Assembly (NCBI RefSeq): GCF_000743755.1
Contig: NW_014569471.1
Coordinates: forward strand, 1 to 37,648
Direction of reading: 5' to 3'
Origin: Blastocystis sp. subtype 4
Taxonomy: Eukaryota
Length of the DNA stretch: 37,648 nucleotides
The notes under the pieces were generated by a model. It made no database searches and was not told the DNA's origin. It was given only the letters and a program-made list of their open reading frames with translations. Shown here piece after piece: positions 12,601 to 25,708 of this stretch. Numbering within the stretch: the first letter of the stretch is position 1; every line of letters starts with the position of its first letter. The position numbers were made by a program, and so were the translations under genes.

Positions 12601-15600
12601 CTCAATCCAGACCCACACCATATCTGTCTAAAGAGTGAGGTGAGTGAATAATTGTGGATCAATGAGTGAGAGTGAAGTGAATGTGAGTGAGGAGAGAGTT
12701 GATGAATGAGTGAGAATGAGAGTAAAGAGGTGAGTAAGTCAGTGAATCTATGAATACGTTCATCACTTACAGGTCCATGGGTACGTAATGTCCATTCATA
12801 ATCACATTGAATATGCACTGAAACACGGATAATACTACTCGTGACTGGCTGTAATTCTCCTGTTACTTCGTAATATGGAATCTACACTCAATTCATCATC
12901 AACACACATACCATTCGCACTAATCGCTTCACTGTACCGCCTATGGCTTTCTGATCCAAATATCCACTTATTTCGTCAGCACTCATTTCACGCAAATCGT
13001 CCAGTGATAACTCTTGTTTCTTGATACTCAAGACAATTCTTAATTCTTACCACTATTCGTGTTAATACTTCTCGATGAATGGGAACTTGTAGAAGGGGAT
13101 GATCTGTGAACCAGATTCGTCGTTCCACAGACTTCGCCAGATTCAGTACTCTAGTCATCAGACTGCCATCTTACTCTTACAAGAATCCACTCATTGCCCA
13201 GCCACGTTGAATACAAATTTCAAACAGGGCTCTTGTGATTCGACCAGCATTCTGGGAAATGAAGTTAAAGTCACTGAAGAGAGTCGCTTCATGTGGATTC
13301 CACTGATTGATATAAGCTTGTAACAGAATCAAAGTCTTTGCATATTCATCATCCAATTTCACATCTTGTCCCACACGACAACAGGATCGTTTCATATCAA
13401 CCAGTTCAGATAACTCTTCATCTCGAACTTTGATTGACTGAAACTCCTATCAATCAATCTTTCTTATTCATCATCTTACCTGACTCATTGCAACAATAGT
13501 CAGAATTGTTCGAAGATCGGACACATCTGTTAACCGCTCATTAACAACAATAACCGTGTTATATCCGATATAGAAGTGACTTGCTACACGACCTAAATCC
13601 GTTGGAAACAGATTTCCACTCTCCATATCATAACGAGCCATGTGAGCCTGATCCAATTTCATTGCAGTATCAGTAATCATATCTCTATCAATCAATCATA
13701 GTTCTTAAAACCTACTCACACTTGCAGAAGAGTGATGGATCTCTCATACGTTCTTCATTCGAAATGCCATACACCAATGGATTCTTACGCATTCGGATAT
13801 ACAAATACGTATATTGAAGCCAAATCACAGCTTCTCGAAGATTTGTAACTGTTCCCGCAACTATTTCTGCATTCAAGTGATCACATAAATTCTTCATGAA
13901 TGATGATTCGATTGGCGTCTATAGATCATCTCACAGTCTCATCACCACCTTCATTACCATCAAACGAGCAAATGAGTCAATACTATCATGCATACCAATC
14001 AAACAGCCCTCTCCTGTTGTATCGAACTGAGGTCTGCCTGCTCGACCAAAGATTTGAATGACATCCAAAATGTCCACATTAACCCAACCTCCTCGAGAGG
14101 CATCATACAATTCTGTTCCCTTGATGATTACACCATGAGCTGGGAGATTCACACCCCATGCCAATGTAGCTGTGCAACAAAGTACACGTACAATACCTTC
14201 AGCGAACATCTCTTCCACCAAATTACGATCACTTCGACGCATACCTGCGTGATGAATCGCAAGACCGTATTGAAAGAGATTCTGAAGTTGCTGATTGTGA
14301 GAACGTTGAACACGCTGCTTGAAATAGTCATATCGAGGGTGATGAATTGGAGTTGCAAACAGACTCTGTTTCCTACCTTCTGTAGCATATTCAATGAGTT
14401 TATTCGCCGTAGTCAGTGTATCCTTACGCGAATGAACAAAGACCATAGCTTGCTTATCATTCAATAATTCCTCACAGCATCGATCATAAGCCAGTTCATA
14501 CATCTTCTCAATTGCTTTCAATTTGTTTGTTATTGTCACACCAAGGAATCGTTGTGTCAGAGGAACAGGTCTGAAGGAGTCATCACAATAGAACAAGCCC
14601 TTTCCAGGCTCCATATTCACATGAAGGAATTCCGCCACATCTGAATAATTGGGCAAGGTGGCCGATAAGCCAACAAGACGAATTGGAGTCTGGGTTGATT
14701 CAATCTATTGTTCACTCCAATCAAAGAAGGATACTTGACGTAATGTACGAGCAGTGATTGATTCAACAACATTACCTCGATCACTAGCCAACAGATGTAC
14801 CTCATCCAGAATCAGTAATTTGACTTTCTCTACCAGACTGTTATCACCTCCTTTTCGTGTGATTACATCCCACTTCTCTGGTGTTGTTACGATGACCTGT
14901 GTCTCTGCTATTTCTGCTCGTGTAAGCTGCATATCTCCTACACCTCATTCCAATCTCTCTACTTAACCTGTCAACTCTCTCACAATGAGTCCCAATCGAC
15001 TCAATCGTTCCTTGAACTTTCCGACAATCTCCTGTGCCAAAGCTTTCATTGGAGCCACATATATCACTTTCATTTCTTCACGTTTTAATACACCTTCTTC
15101 TTCCATATTCTTTCTTATCTCGTGTACAATTGTCAACAAAGCCACATTTGTCTTACCAGCACCTAAAACTCATTCTCCTCCTTCTCATTTACCAGTTGGA
15201 GCACAAACCAACATATTGTTATCTGAGTTGTATGCACAGTCAAATACCCAGCTTTGTAATCGATTGAATTTCTCTATGCCTTCAAATACCAATTGAGCCC
15301 AATCCTCCAACTGTGATACAGGAACCAGCTCAATGGTCTGTGACTTCTGTTGCTGTTGAGGTTGGACCACCAATTCCTCATAGCCCTAGGGATGAATCTC
15401 GTTAATCGTACTCACATCATGATATGTCTTCTGACCTCCACACTTCTCATCTGTGGTCACACTGTGATCCAATTTCATTCCAATCATATAACCCTTATAA
15501 CGATCATCATAGCCCTTCGGCTCGTTGGCTAGACGCAAACCCTGTTGTTTCAATTGTGCTAAATATGTAGCATTCAGACCCAGATCATCAATCGGTTTTG

Positions 15601-16572
15601 AACTCAGCTCATCGGAATGCTGACCTTGTTTTGATGATGAAACTCCCGTTTCTTTGAGAATCACTGCACTATCGTCAGGAGCATGTAGAAGAGCATCACG
15701 ATGTTCCATAATCGTGAATACAAACTCAACCGCCTCGACTCCAAGTAGATTCAGAAGATCCTCTTGATTCTGCTCAGCACCTCCACTTTCTAGGATTGAC
15801 ATGATGCAATCGCTTAAGGAAGATGCATTAAATACATCGCGAGAAGTAGGGTTGGAATTGAGATAATCATCACAAACGGAGTAACTATCAATTATATCTC
15901 TTCAGTGCCACTACAGCCAATCACTGTCGTAAATACCATCATCCTGGGTTATGGGAGTTTCTTCACAAGGTTCTGTTTCCTCAATAGGAGATATAGATTG
16001 GGTTTCAGAATCAGCGAAATCGAGTTCAATTGGAAGATCTGACCCATAGATCTGGTCCAGAGTTGTGACTACATCTCGACGAGTACTCTTTGCAACACGG
16101 AAATACTTCTTTAAATCCATACAATACTCGTTAAGTTTGTACCACTTCTCTTTCAATTGGGATCCGAACATCATCTCAGCTTCTTTACGCTGATCCGGAT
16201 TCAATGTGGCATTGTATACAACAAGAGCCATCTCATTGATATTAATTGTATCATAGGGACAAGCTCTAGTCTTAAGCGAAGAATAGCCATTCATACGACT
16301 TGACAACTGCAATGAATGAATGATATGTTTTCTTCAAATCTGCTTCTTTTTCAGGAGGAACTGAAGTGAAATTGTCCCAGCTTAGTTTCTCCCTTGCGGC
16401 AGATAACTTCTTGATATACTCATCTCGCTTCCTATCGATTTCTTCTCTTTCCAAACGCAATTTCCCCAAGTCTGGAGCATACTGTTGCTTCAAAGCTCGA
16501 AGAGCGGTTGTCTATAGGATGATACTAATTTGTGAGTCCTAGTACAAGTCTTGGACGTGATGAAGTACTCAT
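9690..16572 (-). CDS. ASCC3: ASCC3/Slh1 Ski2-like helicase with two DExH-Sec63 cassettes
   Basis: Spliced N-terminus [16 protein letters not shown] resembles ASCC3 MALPRLTGALRS. Two cassettes carry APTG(A/S)[21 protein letters not shown] and [24 protein letters not shown] is typical of ASCC3. Confidence 0.93.
12628..12770 (-). other. Unusually long (143 nt) low-complexity intron in ASCC3
   Basis: Donor GTAAGT at 12770 and acceptor TTTAG at 12628 join WTLRTHGP to [11 protein letters not shown] in frame. The intron body is made of degenerate CACTCA/CTCATT repeats. Confidence 0.8.
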
Positions 16573-16647
16573 AAATCCTTTTCTGCCGTTTCTATTTTTA
16601 GGAATCACATGTATCAATTCTTGGGACCCCAACATATTGATTATCAG

Positions 16648-16655
16648 AACAAACA
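16648..16655 (-). terminator. TGTTTGTT polyadenylation element (THADA)
   Basis: aacaaaca on the + strand, directly after the THADA stop. Confidence 0.85.
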
Positions 16656-16657
16656 CT

Positions 16658-19600
16658 TCAAAGAAGCTTTAATAATTCGCATATCACTTCATATTTGTCC
16701 ATCATCGCTAATGCCTTGAGGTTCTGATCCGAAATACTCTTGAATTGAAGCATCCATTCCTGAACACATTGTTTCACACTCTTAACACTCTCCCATTCTT
16801 CAGTCTTCCACACTTCTGCAGCTTCTACAAATGCACGTACAATGAGCATAGGAAGAGCACAAGAACTATCATTCTTATACAACTACTGTTCAACAGTCCC
16901 ATCAATCCTACCTCTTCTGTTTCTGCAATCAGCATTGCTGGCATATTGGCTCTCAGGAATGTACACACTACTTCCTTACAAATCCCACAGAAGCAACGAG
17001 CCTCCACAATACAAGAATGAAGAGACTTCAAGGCGTATTCTTCTGTTTTCTGGATTCCTTCGAGTATTTGACCCGATGAAGTCTTCATCGTCTGGAGTAC
17101 TACATGTTGAAGAGAAGCATTTGTGTCATGTAACAACGCCAGCTGACAATAGAACAGTACTCCACACAGATCTGGAGATGGCTTCTCATGGATTATCTGA
17201 ATGAGATCAGCCAACATGCTGCGATATGAGAGAGAAATGTCTAGACTGGCTATTTGTTGAGAGAGAATCTTCACAGCTTGTTCATTTTCCTTCGTATTGG
17301 CATTTGTAAGGATCACAGCAATGAAACGCGTTGCCCAGTAAGCCACTTCACGGTTTTGATTTTGTGTTGCCAATTTCAGCAAATAATCGTGGATCTCGAC
17401 ATCAGAAGGTATTGAAGAACGAAGCATCACCAGGGTCTTTAGAACTGGTTTAATGGCATACCATGGCAATTGAGTACTATAGAGCTCCTTCAACAATGTT
17501 GTGAAGATCAACACTGAAATGGAGGTAAACTTGGTCTGAAGGATGTTCTTATCTGTAGATCGATAGAACTGACGAATCTGCTTCAATACGAGAACTACTT
17601 CCAGCTTGTCATTCAAAGTCAGCAATTTGACAAGAATGTCTTCTGCTTGCTTCATTTTATCTGTCTCCAATCCGCGTAATGGAGCACGCAGCGACAGAAT
17701 GGCAAGAGTCTCATGCATCGCACGTAAACTGAGATGAGCTCCAACAGTAGAATCAGGTGTCTTCAACTGGTTCACAGTGATCATAGCCAGAACTGGATCA
17801 TACTGGATAGAATATGACAAAACCTGGAGGAGAATCTATGCATGCACAATCGACCTTGCCCCTACCTCAAAGAAAGTATTTCGCACTAATCCAACTCTGC
17901 ATTGAATGAAGACTTCTTGAAGATGGTTCATGAAGATTTGGATGAAACTGTCGAGGCTGGTGTGATTATCACAAATCTTAGCAATTTTGGTCATGAAGAG
18001 GATCTGAAGGAGAAGTCCGTGGAGTTCATTCTGCTTGATTGAAGGAGTGGAAACGATTCGTTTGAGTAGCAATTGGACGTAGAGAACATGATCGCACATG
18101 GGAATCAACACAGCCTACAGCATAAGAACAATTTATCAAGATGTACCAGAGCTCTTGAAGACATTGTTCGACAGAAGAGATTCTCAGAGGAGTTGATCAT
18201 GCTAATGGTACATGTTACTTGAATAAGCCATGGATCCATTTTCGCATCACTGCTGATTGTACCACTCAAGCGAGATGTTAATACTATGAAAGCAAACAAA
18301 AAAGGATGTAATCCTGCCATTCCACAATCAATCTCTATTTTATCAATTCCACAAATACTCCTGATTACGATTATTCTGAACATCACTCAGTTTCATAGCA
18401 AACCATTCTCTCAGATGTGTATATTTTGAGAAGAATGAAGTAACAGACATAGCAGAAGGATCATAATCGCAATTAACTCGATTTGAGAGCAGTTTTTTCA
18501 AAACAATAGTATAAATCATGAGACCACTGTTTTTTATCTGCCATCTAGATTCATAGACATTCTATCAAGTGATACATTGGTGAGAGTAAGGCTTCACAAG
18601 CCAACATTAACACAGGCTCCATAAAACGATCTTCAATCTCAATACTACGATCTAAAAACAATTGTCGAATGATATTCAGAGCATGTACCCGACCTTTCCA
18701 TGAGGACTACACTAATGAATAGAGAGCACATGGTACTTTGATTTCAATAGAAGCAAAGTTGAGTGATGGGTGAAGACATGATGAAGGAAGAGACTCGAAG
18801 TATTCTGCTGTAGGAGAAGCCAGCTTTAACAGATGAAGTAGGACATATTCAATTAGCAATGGTGAGTATCGAACCAACTAGTGATCATTGCAAATCATGA
18901 CACTCACACTACAAATAGCTTTGGAATACCCAGTTGAACGACGCAGAATGAAATTACGATTATGAATATTTCGATCATCCAATAGAATGTGAGTGAAACT
19001 CCCAGGAAGAGATGAGAGAAAATGATTGATGGTGATAAGCGAAGTGAGACGCTGAACAATTTGTGTAATGGCTTCAGCCACGAAGATGATGCCTCCAATG
19101 TGTTTGATAGTGAGAACAGATCCGAGAAGGTCCCACAGAAGACACACAACATCATTATTGAACAGATGGCATGATTCTGTACTTGAGGTGACTGTCGACA
19201 GGTCGTATGGATCTGATGAACATAAGAAACTGCCTGTATTCTCTACGTCTTCCATACATACTGTGTTTTGAGATTGAGAATTCTCAAATCCTGATTGTGG
19301 AGTGATTGTAATCATTCGAGCAATTGTGAGGGACGAATACTTACACGTCAACCAGCAACATAGCATTAATCGTTTAAGATGAAGAGTCTGAGATGGAGAA
19401 TACGAGCCTATCAAATGCCCTCTGCAATCCAACTTGTTCTTAGCTATGTGATCTGTCTCCATGATCATTGAGAAATCTTCAGGGATCGCTTGAATTGGTC
19501 CTTTGCTCAATAGTTCCTGAGACTCATCACCTTCCTTCTCATTGATCTGAGAGTCTGCTACAACAGTCAGAGTCACACGATACAGACGGAAAATCAATTT

Positions 19601-22600
19601 GAGAATAGCTCGGAATACATGAGCCTCCTTCACACAATCAGGATGTGTCTTCATAATCCCTTCTAACCCACTCACCATCCCCTGACAATGAAGAAGAGGA
19701 TACGTAGTGAATGATCCAGCTTCACACTGATTCATTGCCAACACATCCAGCTCAATGACACTCAGAAGAACCACAACGAACTGTTGATGGGGCAACACTA
19801 GATAAGAACCCGCAATCACATGTACAGGTATGAAATGGGGCTTGATAAACATACTGAGAAAGAGAATCCTTTGCATGTTCAGCAACTACTTGATTATCAA
19901 GACCATTCAACAATACAAAGTGTTGACATAACTGATAGAACCACACTCTGGGTATGTGAATTACAAATCAAGTTATACAATAGAAGAATAAATCCAGCAG
20001 ATATATCCACTTCATAGTCTGTAAATCTATTAGTTATCATCTTTTCATTCATCTACAGACTATCAGACTGAAACCCTCTTTCAACTAGTGATTCAATCAT
20101 TTCTCTCAATGTGGATTCAGAACACTTTGTATTGACAAGCAGATGATAAGCAACTTCCCTTCCTTGAGAACGAATCACTTCATTCTGATTGATAAGAAGA
20201 ATGAAAATTTGATGAATCGATTGTTCGGTGAATAAGTCTTGCAGAGGCAGAGGGGACTTTAATGAGATAGAGAAGATAATGACTTACGTCCAATGTGATA
20301 TGACTGAAGAGAGATTGAAGCAAATCAGCACTAATCTGAAGACTTGTTGTGGAATCCGTTAGACGAATAGAATTGAGAAGGAATTGCGCGATCTCTGTAA
20401 GACTGGTACGTGCTTGAATCCAGTTGTGATATCCTTCCTACTCATCATTCCATTCTTATTCTACTACCTGACATTCTGGTGATAACTGGCTTAGATGATC
20501 ACCAAGATCACTGAATGAACATGAAGCCTCCTTCATTGTCTTTTTCAAGAAGGATTTAGAAGCGAAGATTGTTCGTTCTAAGACTTGAGTGAATGCAACA
20601 ACAAGATCATGTCGATAATGAGCATCATCTGAGTACAGACAGTTCTTCATAACCCTCTCTACAATACTCCATTCATTCGGACCCAGTAATTGTGTGGTCT
20701 AGAGATCAGTAACACATCTGAATATCACATAAAGAGAAGTTGTAATCAGTTCAATCAACTTCACACGAATCTCGTCATGTCCACATTGGCTCCAAGAGAG
20801 AGCATCGGTCATAGATAACACACGACCTTGACTGTTTGTGGCCTCAATATAATCATCAGGTCGTTTGCCAATCAGACCCTTCTCCTTATCGATACGAAGA
20901 ACTGATAACGTCAAGAGAGCATTCAGAATAGGATCAGACCCTTCAGCAGCTGCATGAAGGAAGAACAGATCCAAATTGAAGAGAGAATCTGGATCTGTTG
21001 GATCACACTGCTTCTGCTCTTTCTGTAGAGAGGTTGACAAGACATTTGGCTTCAGAGCAATGAGAGCAGGTAGGATATAGTTGAATATATTGGAGCAAGA
21101 GGAAGGATGAGAATAGAGAGAGTGTAGAATTGGCATAATGCAGTTCATTTGCCATTGGGATCGTTCTGTTATACCCATCTCTTCATAACATCGAACTATG
21201 AGAAGTGTGAGAACAGATGTGATTTGAGCACAGAATGTACTATTACGTGCACACATCATGGAGAGAAGCTTAGTCACAATGTCAGGAACCATCTCTAGGA
21301 CTCGTCTGGCACTCTCATTCAACAACATGACATTCAGAATGGATACTTGGCGACGTGTTGTTTGCGTTTCCATAAGTGCCTGCTTCAACACACTTTGGAT
21401 CAATGTCTCCTTGTTGAAGTCCTAATCATGATCACACATCTCATTACTCACATCACTCTCTCGTACCAAGACACCCAAACATTCCTCACTCATTCGAGAT
21501 ACCTTTCTTGTTGTACTGTCCAAATGACGGATACACAGATTCAAACAACCTTGAATGATTGAATCAACTACTCCATGGATTGATACATTCTTATATCCCT
21601 CAAAGAATACTAGAGCGGTCTGTGTAAGAATCAAATCGTATTCCTACTTGCATCATATACACTAATTCGTCAGTTGTTGTAGGAGTGGGAGTTACAACAC
21701 GATGAAACGCCCATTGAACATATCCATTTTCGTATCCATCATTAATCAAGAGAAGTTGATTAAAGTCAATTTGATGGAGAAGAGATTTTGTTAGAAGCAC
21801 AATGGCTTGGTGATTGAGATGTTGAGTTGTGATCAAGTCCTCAAGGCACTGCACAAGTTGAGTTGTGGTGAGATTTGATTGGCGTAAGAAGAATAAGTGG
21901 AGTTGGGCTGCTGCAATATGATGTTCCTACGAATGAAGATGAAATGAAAGAATCACTGCTTCAGCGTAAGGAAAAGACAGAACTGTCTCCGAAGCATGCT
22001 TCCAAAAGTCAAGATCAAGAGCTGGAACAAGAGTGAGGTGACTCTGCAACAAGAGATACAGATTCTTAAACATGCATGCACAGATCCGGAAGTGATACTG
22101 TTTCACTTCATTGATGGTACTCTCTTCAGCTTCTAACTATCACTTGTCGAAACAACCCATACCTTGAATATGAGTTTTCACAGTGGCTGCAACGAAGCTT
22201 ACAATCTGTTCTGCATCAGATGAGGTAATTCGAGTGGTGATTTCAGGAAGATCCAACCAGAGAGTAAACACATCCGTTAGTGAAGCTATCGATGAAATAT
22301 TGTCGTAAAAACCACTTTCTTCGAATATAAAGGAGAAACCAGAGGCCAGCAATGAATGCGTGATTTCTTGAGAACAGACTGTTGCTTCCTCACTAAACGC
22401 CTTTGACCATGCAGTGGCTATCGAATGAGAATAAATCCAAACGATTACCAATTCCCAATACACTTCTTTTCATACCTTGACATGATGGAAGGATAAGGAG
22501 ATAACAGAAAAACAAATAGAGATCCTTACTGTTGGATGAAACTAGCGAAAATGGAATCCCACAACACCTTACGTATCTCCTTCTTATACATTCCAAAGCA

Positions 22601-22738
22601 GTTCATTTGCTGATAGATCGTTTTACTGGATCGCATTGAATTAACGAGCACTTTCAGACATTCATTTTCAGGGAGAGAGCAATCTCCGACGATCTCGACT
22701 GGGATTACTATGGGCCTGGTCTTTGAAATCTCGGTCAT
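16658..22738 (-). CDS. THADA: THADA/Trm732 armadillo-repeat protein (DUF2428)
   Basis: DUF2428-type motifs LCCWLTCK, LTIKHIGGI, ILRRSTG and GRVHALNIIRQLF (18694-18656) within a large, leucine-rich, multi-exon protein. Confidence 0.85.
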
Positions 22739-22827
22739 TCGTTTGGGTCACTATAAGGAGACACTTTGCAAAAACAATGGAACGATTTCACCAATAACAC
22801 TTGACAACAAACAGGAATCAAGTACAA

Positions 22828-23437
22828 CTAGAGATCAAGCAAAACAGACTGCGCGTTCATCCGGTTCATCATCATGCTGTTTTCTTCTCGGCAAACCTCA
22901 AGATTGGACTCATATCCATTAATGATTTTGACCCAATTTCGATCTTCACTGAACAATAATACACACACGACATTATGCTCATCACAGACCATTCGTTCCA
23001 GTACATATACAACACTTGGATAATTCCTGCTTACCTTCTTCAATACGAGAGAGATAATTGGAAGATTCTCAAAAGTATGATCCTCAGAAGAGCGACTATA
23101 GGAAAGAACAATACGACAGCGAGAAGGAGAGTTTTCAATCATCGTTTGGGCTCTTTTCCCGAAAGCGATCATCGAAGTTAACAGGTTTCTACACATCAGA
23201 ATTCAATTCCGTTCTTACCCATCTATATGTTCTCGCTGTTTCCATGAAATACCTTCTTCTGTCCACATTTCAACGGTGTTGACATCGGCATAATGCTGAA
23301 AGGTTCCATTCATCAAGTCGATGCATGTACACAAAGCACGTACATCCTTCAGAGTACTTGTGTTAAAGAATGTGATGCCTATATTGAATGAGTCTTTACA
23401 TCCCTACTGACACTACTCGTTGAATCTCGTTCTCCAT
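22828..23437 (-). CDS. Hypothetical protein with weak resemblance to the BABAM1/MERIT40 vWA region
   Basis: Spliced from ATG 23437; contains PSRCRIVLSYSRS and VVYV; TAG 22830-22828; TGTTTGTT on the minus strand at 22813-22806. The family guess is weak. Confidence 0.5.
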
Positions 23438-23537
23438 AGGATGTGTTTGTTTCTAAGCTAAATAGAACAGTTGGACAACAATTCACAATTGTAAACAGAG
23501 CAGGGATAGCATGGGCTCCTTTATGATTATCTACTCT

Positions 23538-24461
23538 TCATCCATCTCCAAGTCTCTTACATAAACTATTGTTTTTAAGATTCCATGTGACTGTAGCATG
23601 AATGGTATTGCGATTGAACGAATCCACCATGCGAAACACCATATCACTCTTTTCAGCTCTTGATTGTAATACATCTGCATCTACAATCAATTGTCTTTGA
23701 ATAGAATGGATTTCTTCTGTTGACATCGTGGCGCGATTGTTGATAAAGTAACGGAGCTTGTCCACAAATAACTCTCTTCCAGAGGATTCCTGCTCCTTCC
23801 ACCTCCCTGATATCGACGAATCTCTGGAGGTCAGCAAGGTACTGTCCCCTCCATCAAGCATCTTCAAATTCAACTGTGTGAGCCAGTCACTGTGTTGTAC
23901 TACACATTATTGGTCTATTCAATTCATACTTCCCGGAATATCGCCCGAATAGTAATAGGCTGGATTTCCCATCGCTTCCGAATACTGTACATTGTAGTTA
24001 TCAACAATCTGAGGAGGAAGACTAACTTCTGGAGTGAAAAAGGGAATTGAACGCATCGAAGAACGGTTCATTTCGTGTATATGTTCTTCCTGTGTCGATT
24101 CCAAAATACGAGTTACCTTATTCTCTTGATGTGCAAGTTCACGATTCCGTCGTTTTGTCTGACGTACCTTATACACTTTGCAATGAACATGAGGAGGCGG
24201 TTTCTGGCAATTTGTAACACAGCAACAAATGCCCAGACAGCGAGGACATTTAAACTTTGTATCATTTGCTTCTGCTCGAATCTTGAACTTTTTATATAAT
24301 TGTTGCAAGCAAAAGACACGTTTACAGTAGGCACAACGCACGCGCCCACGTCGTTGTCCACACTGGGCCTTTCCACATAGATGACATGTACGAATTAAGC
24401 CCCCTTCAGAGAGGTCTTCAAGGCTTTCGTCTGGAAGATTGACACTCGGTACAGGTGACAT
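23538..24461 (-). CDS. zf-4CXXC_R1 (CDCA7/JMJD-type) zinc-finger protein
   Basis: TCHLC...RCAYCKRVFCLQQL...FKCPRCLGICCCVTNC matches the domain spacing. The 3' end is approximate. Confidence 0.65.
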
Positions 24462-24628
24462 CCTCTTCAAGACGAAATAGCGGTTCAATGATTACTCAAA
24501 ACCAAGAAATAAACTCAAATTATACAGTTAACAAGAGTTTCCCTATTTCCACTTCTTTGGGGGATAGTTCCTGTTCACTTCTATTCGAAGAGAATTAATG
24601 AAATTAAATGTAAAATAACAAAGAGATA

Positions 24629-25684
24629 TCAATTTTCAGTTGGTTTATATACCTTAACATCCACTTTATTATGAGAACTAAAACCTGTACCGCCACTTTC
24701 TAATTGAACGAAATCCTTCTTCTTTAGAACCGGCTTCTGACACACATAACACTGTTTCGAACTAGCTACAAACTGTTTGAAACAATCTCCACACAAAACA
24801 TGGCCACATTCCTTCACCGCAATAACTTGCTGATGAATGAAAGGACGCATACAGGCAGGACATGAGAATCTGTCGTAGAAAGAATAATTCATTCCTACTT
24901 ATCTCCTTCAGTTTCAGTGAAATGTAATTCATGGAGTTTCTTCATGGAAATCTCATGATCGCCACTTGGGCAAAAGACCGTTTTGGAGGGCTAATTATCA
25001 TTCCGTATACAATTTCAAACCTTCTGTACAGTTTCTTTGAATTCAGGAGTATTTTCAGGCAGCCAGAAAATACGTTTCAAACTCTTCTCCTCATCTGTTC
25101 GATCATCATATTTACAACTCAATTTGTCCACAATCTTTTTCATCTTCTTTAATTCCTTTTCCTCCTTGCTATCATTCGATGCAACGTACATCTTCCAATC
25201 AGCCCACTTCTCTATCCCTACATGCTTGTTATCACTTCCATGAACAGATTGCTGCTCTTCAATTGTTGAACAGATTGCTGATTCTAGAGATTGGGATTGC
25301 TGCATTTGTTGTTGCTACAATGGAGCATTCAACCCAATTTTACCTCTTGTTCATACATAGCAACTTCATAGTCATGCAGTTTCTCTTCATACTCCTTCTT
25401 CTTCGTTAGAAGATATTTCAGTATACATTCCTTGCAAAACAAATGTCCTTCATCACTATCCCATTAAATCATATCAGTAATGTCAACCAGCACATGGGAT
25501 ACGAAACATGATGTAAACATAGAGAACAATAATCAAACGGTTTTACCGAATCACTGCCATATACCAAAGCTTGATTGTCTACACTAACAATGATGAGACG
25601 ATTTGAACATATCTACGTATTTCTTTTCTTTTCATAATAGGAATTAAATGTTCTAATATTAGCATTCTTAGAATGACGGGGCAT
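24629..25684 (-). CDS. NOSIP: NOSIP-like RING/U-box protein
   Basis: N-terminus MPRHSKNANIRTFNSYYEKK, central FWLPENTP, C-terminal RING CPAC..CGHVLCGDC..CYVC followed by LESGGTGFSSH. Confidence 0.9.
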
Positions 25685-25708
25685 GGCAGACAATTACTGT
25701 CTCATGAG

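Noticed and set aside
9690..16572. Brr2/SNRNP200 identity for the helicase
   Set aside because: The N-terminal PRLTxALR, intact GKT and DEIH in the second cassette, and [11 protein letters not shown] all favour ASCC3.
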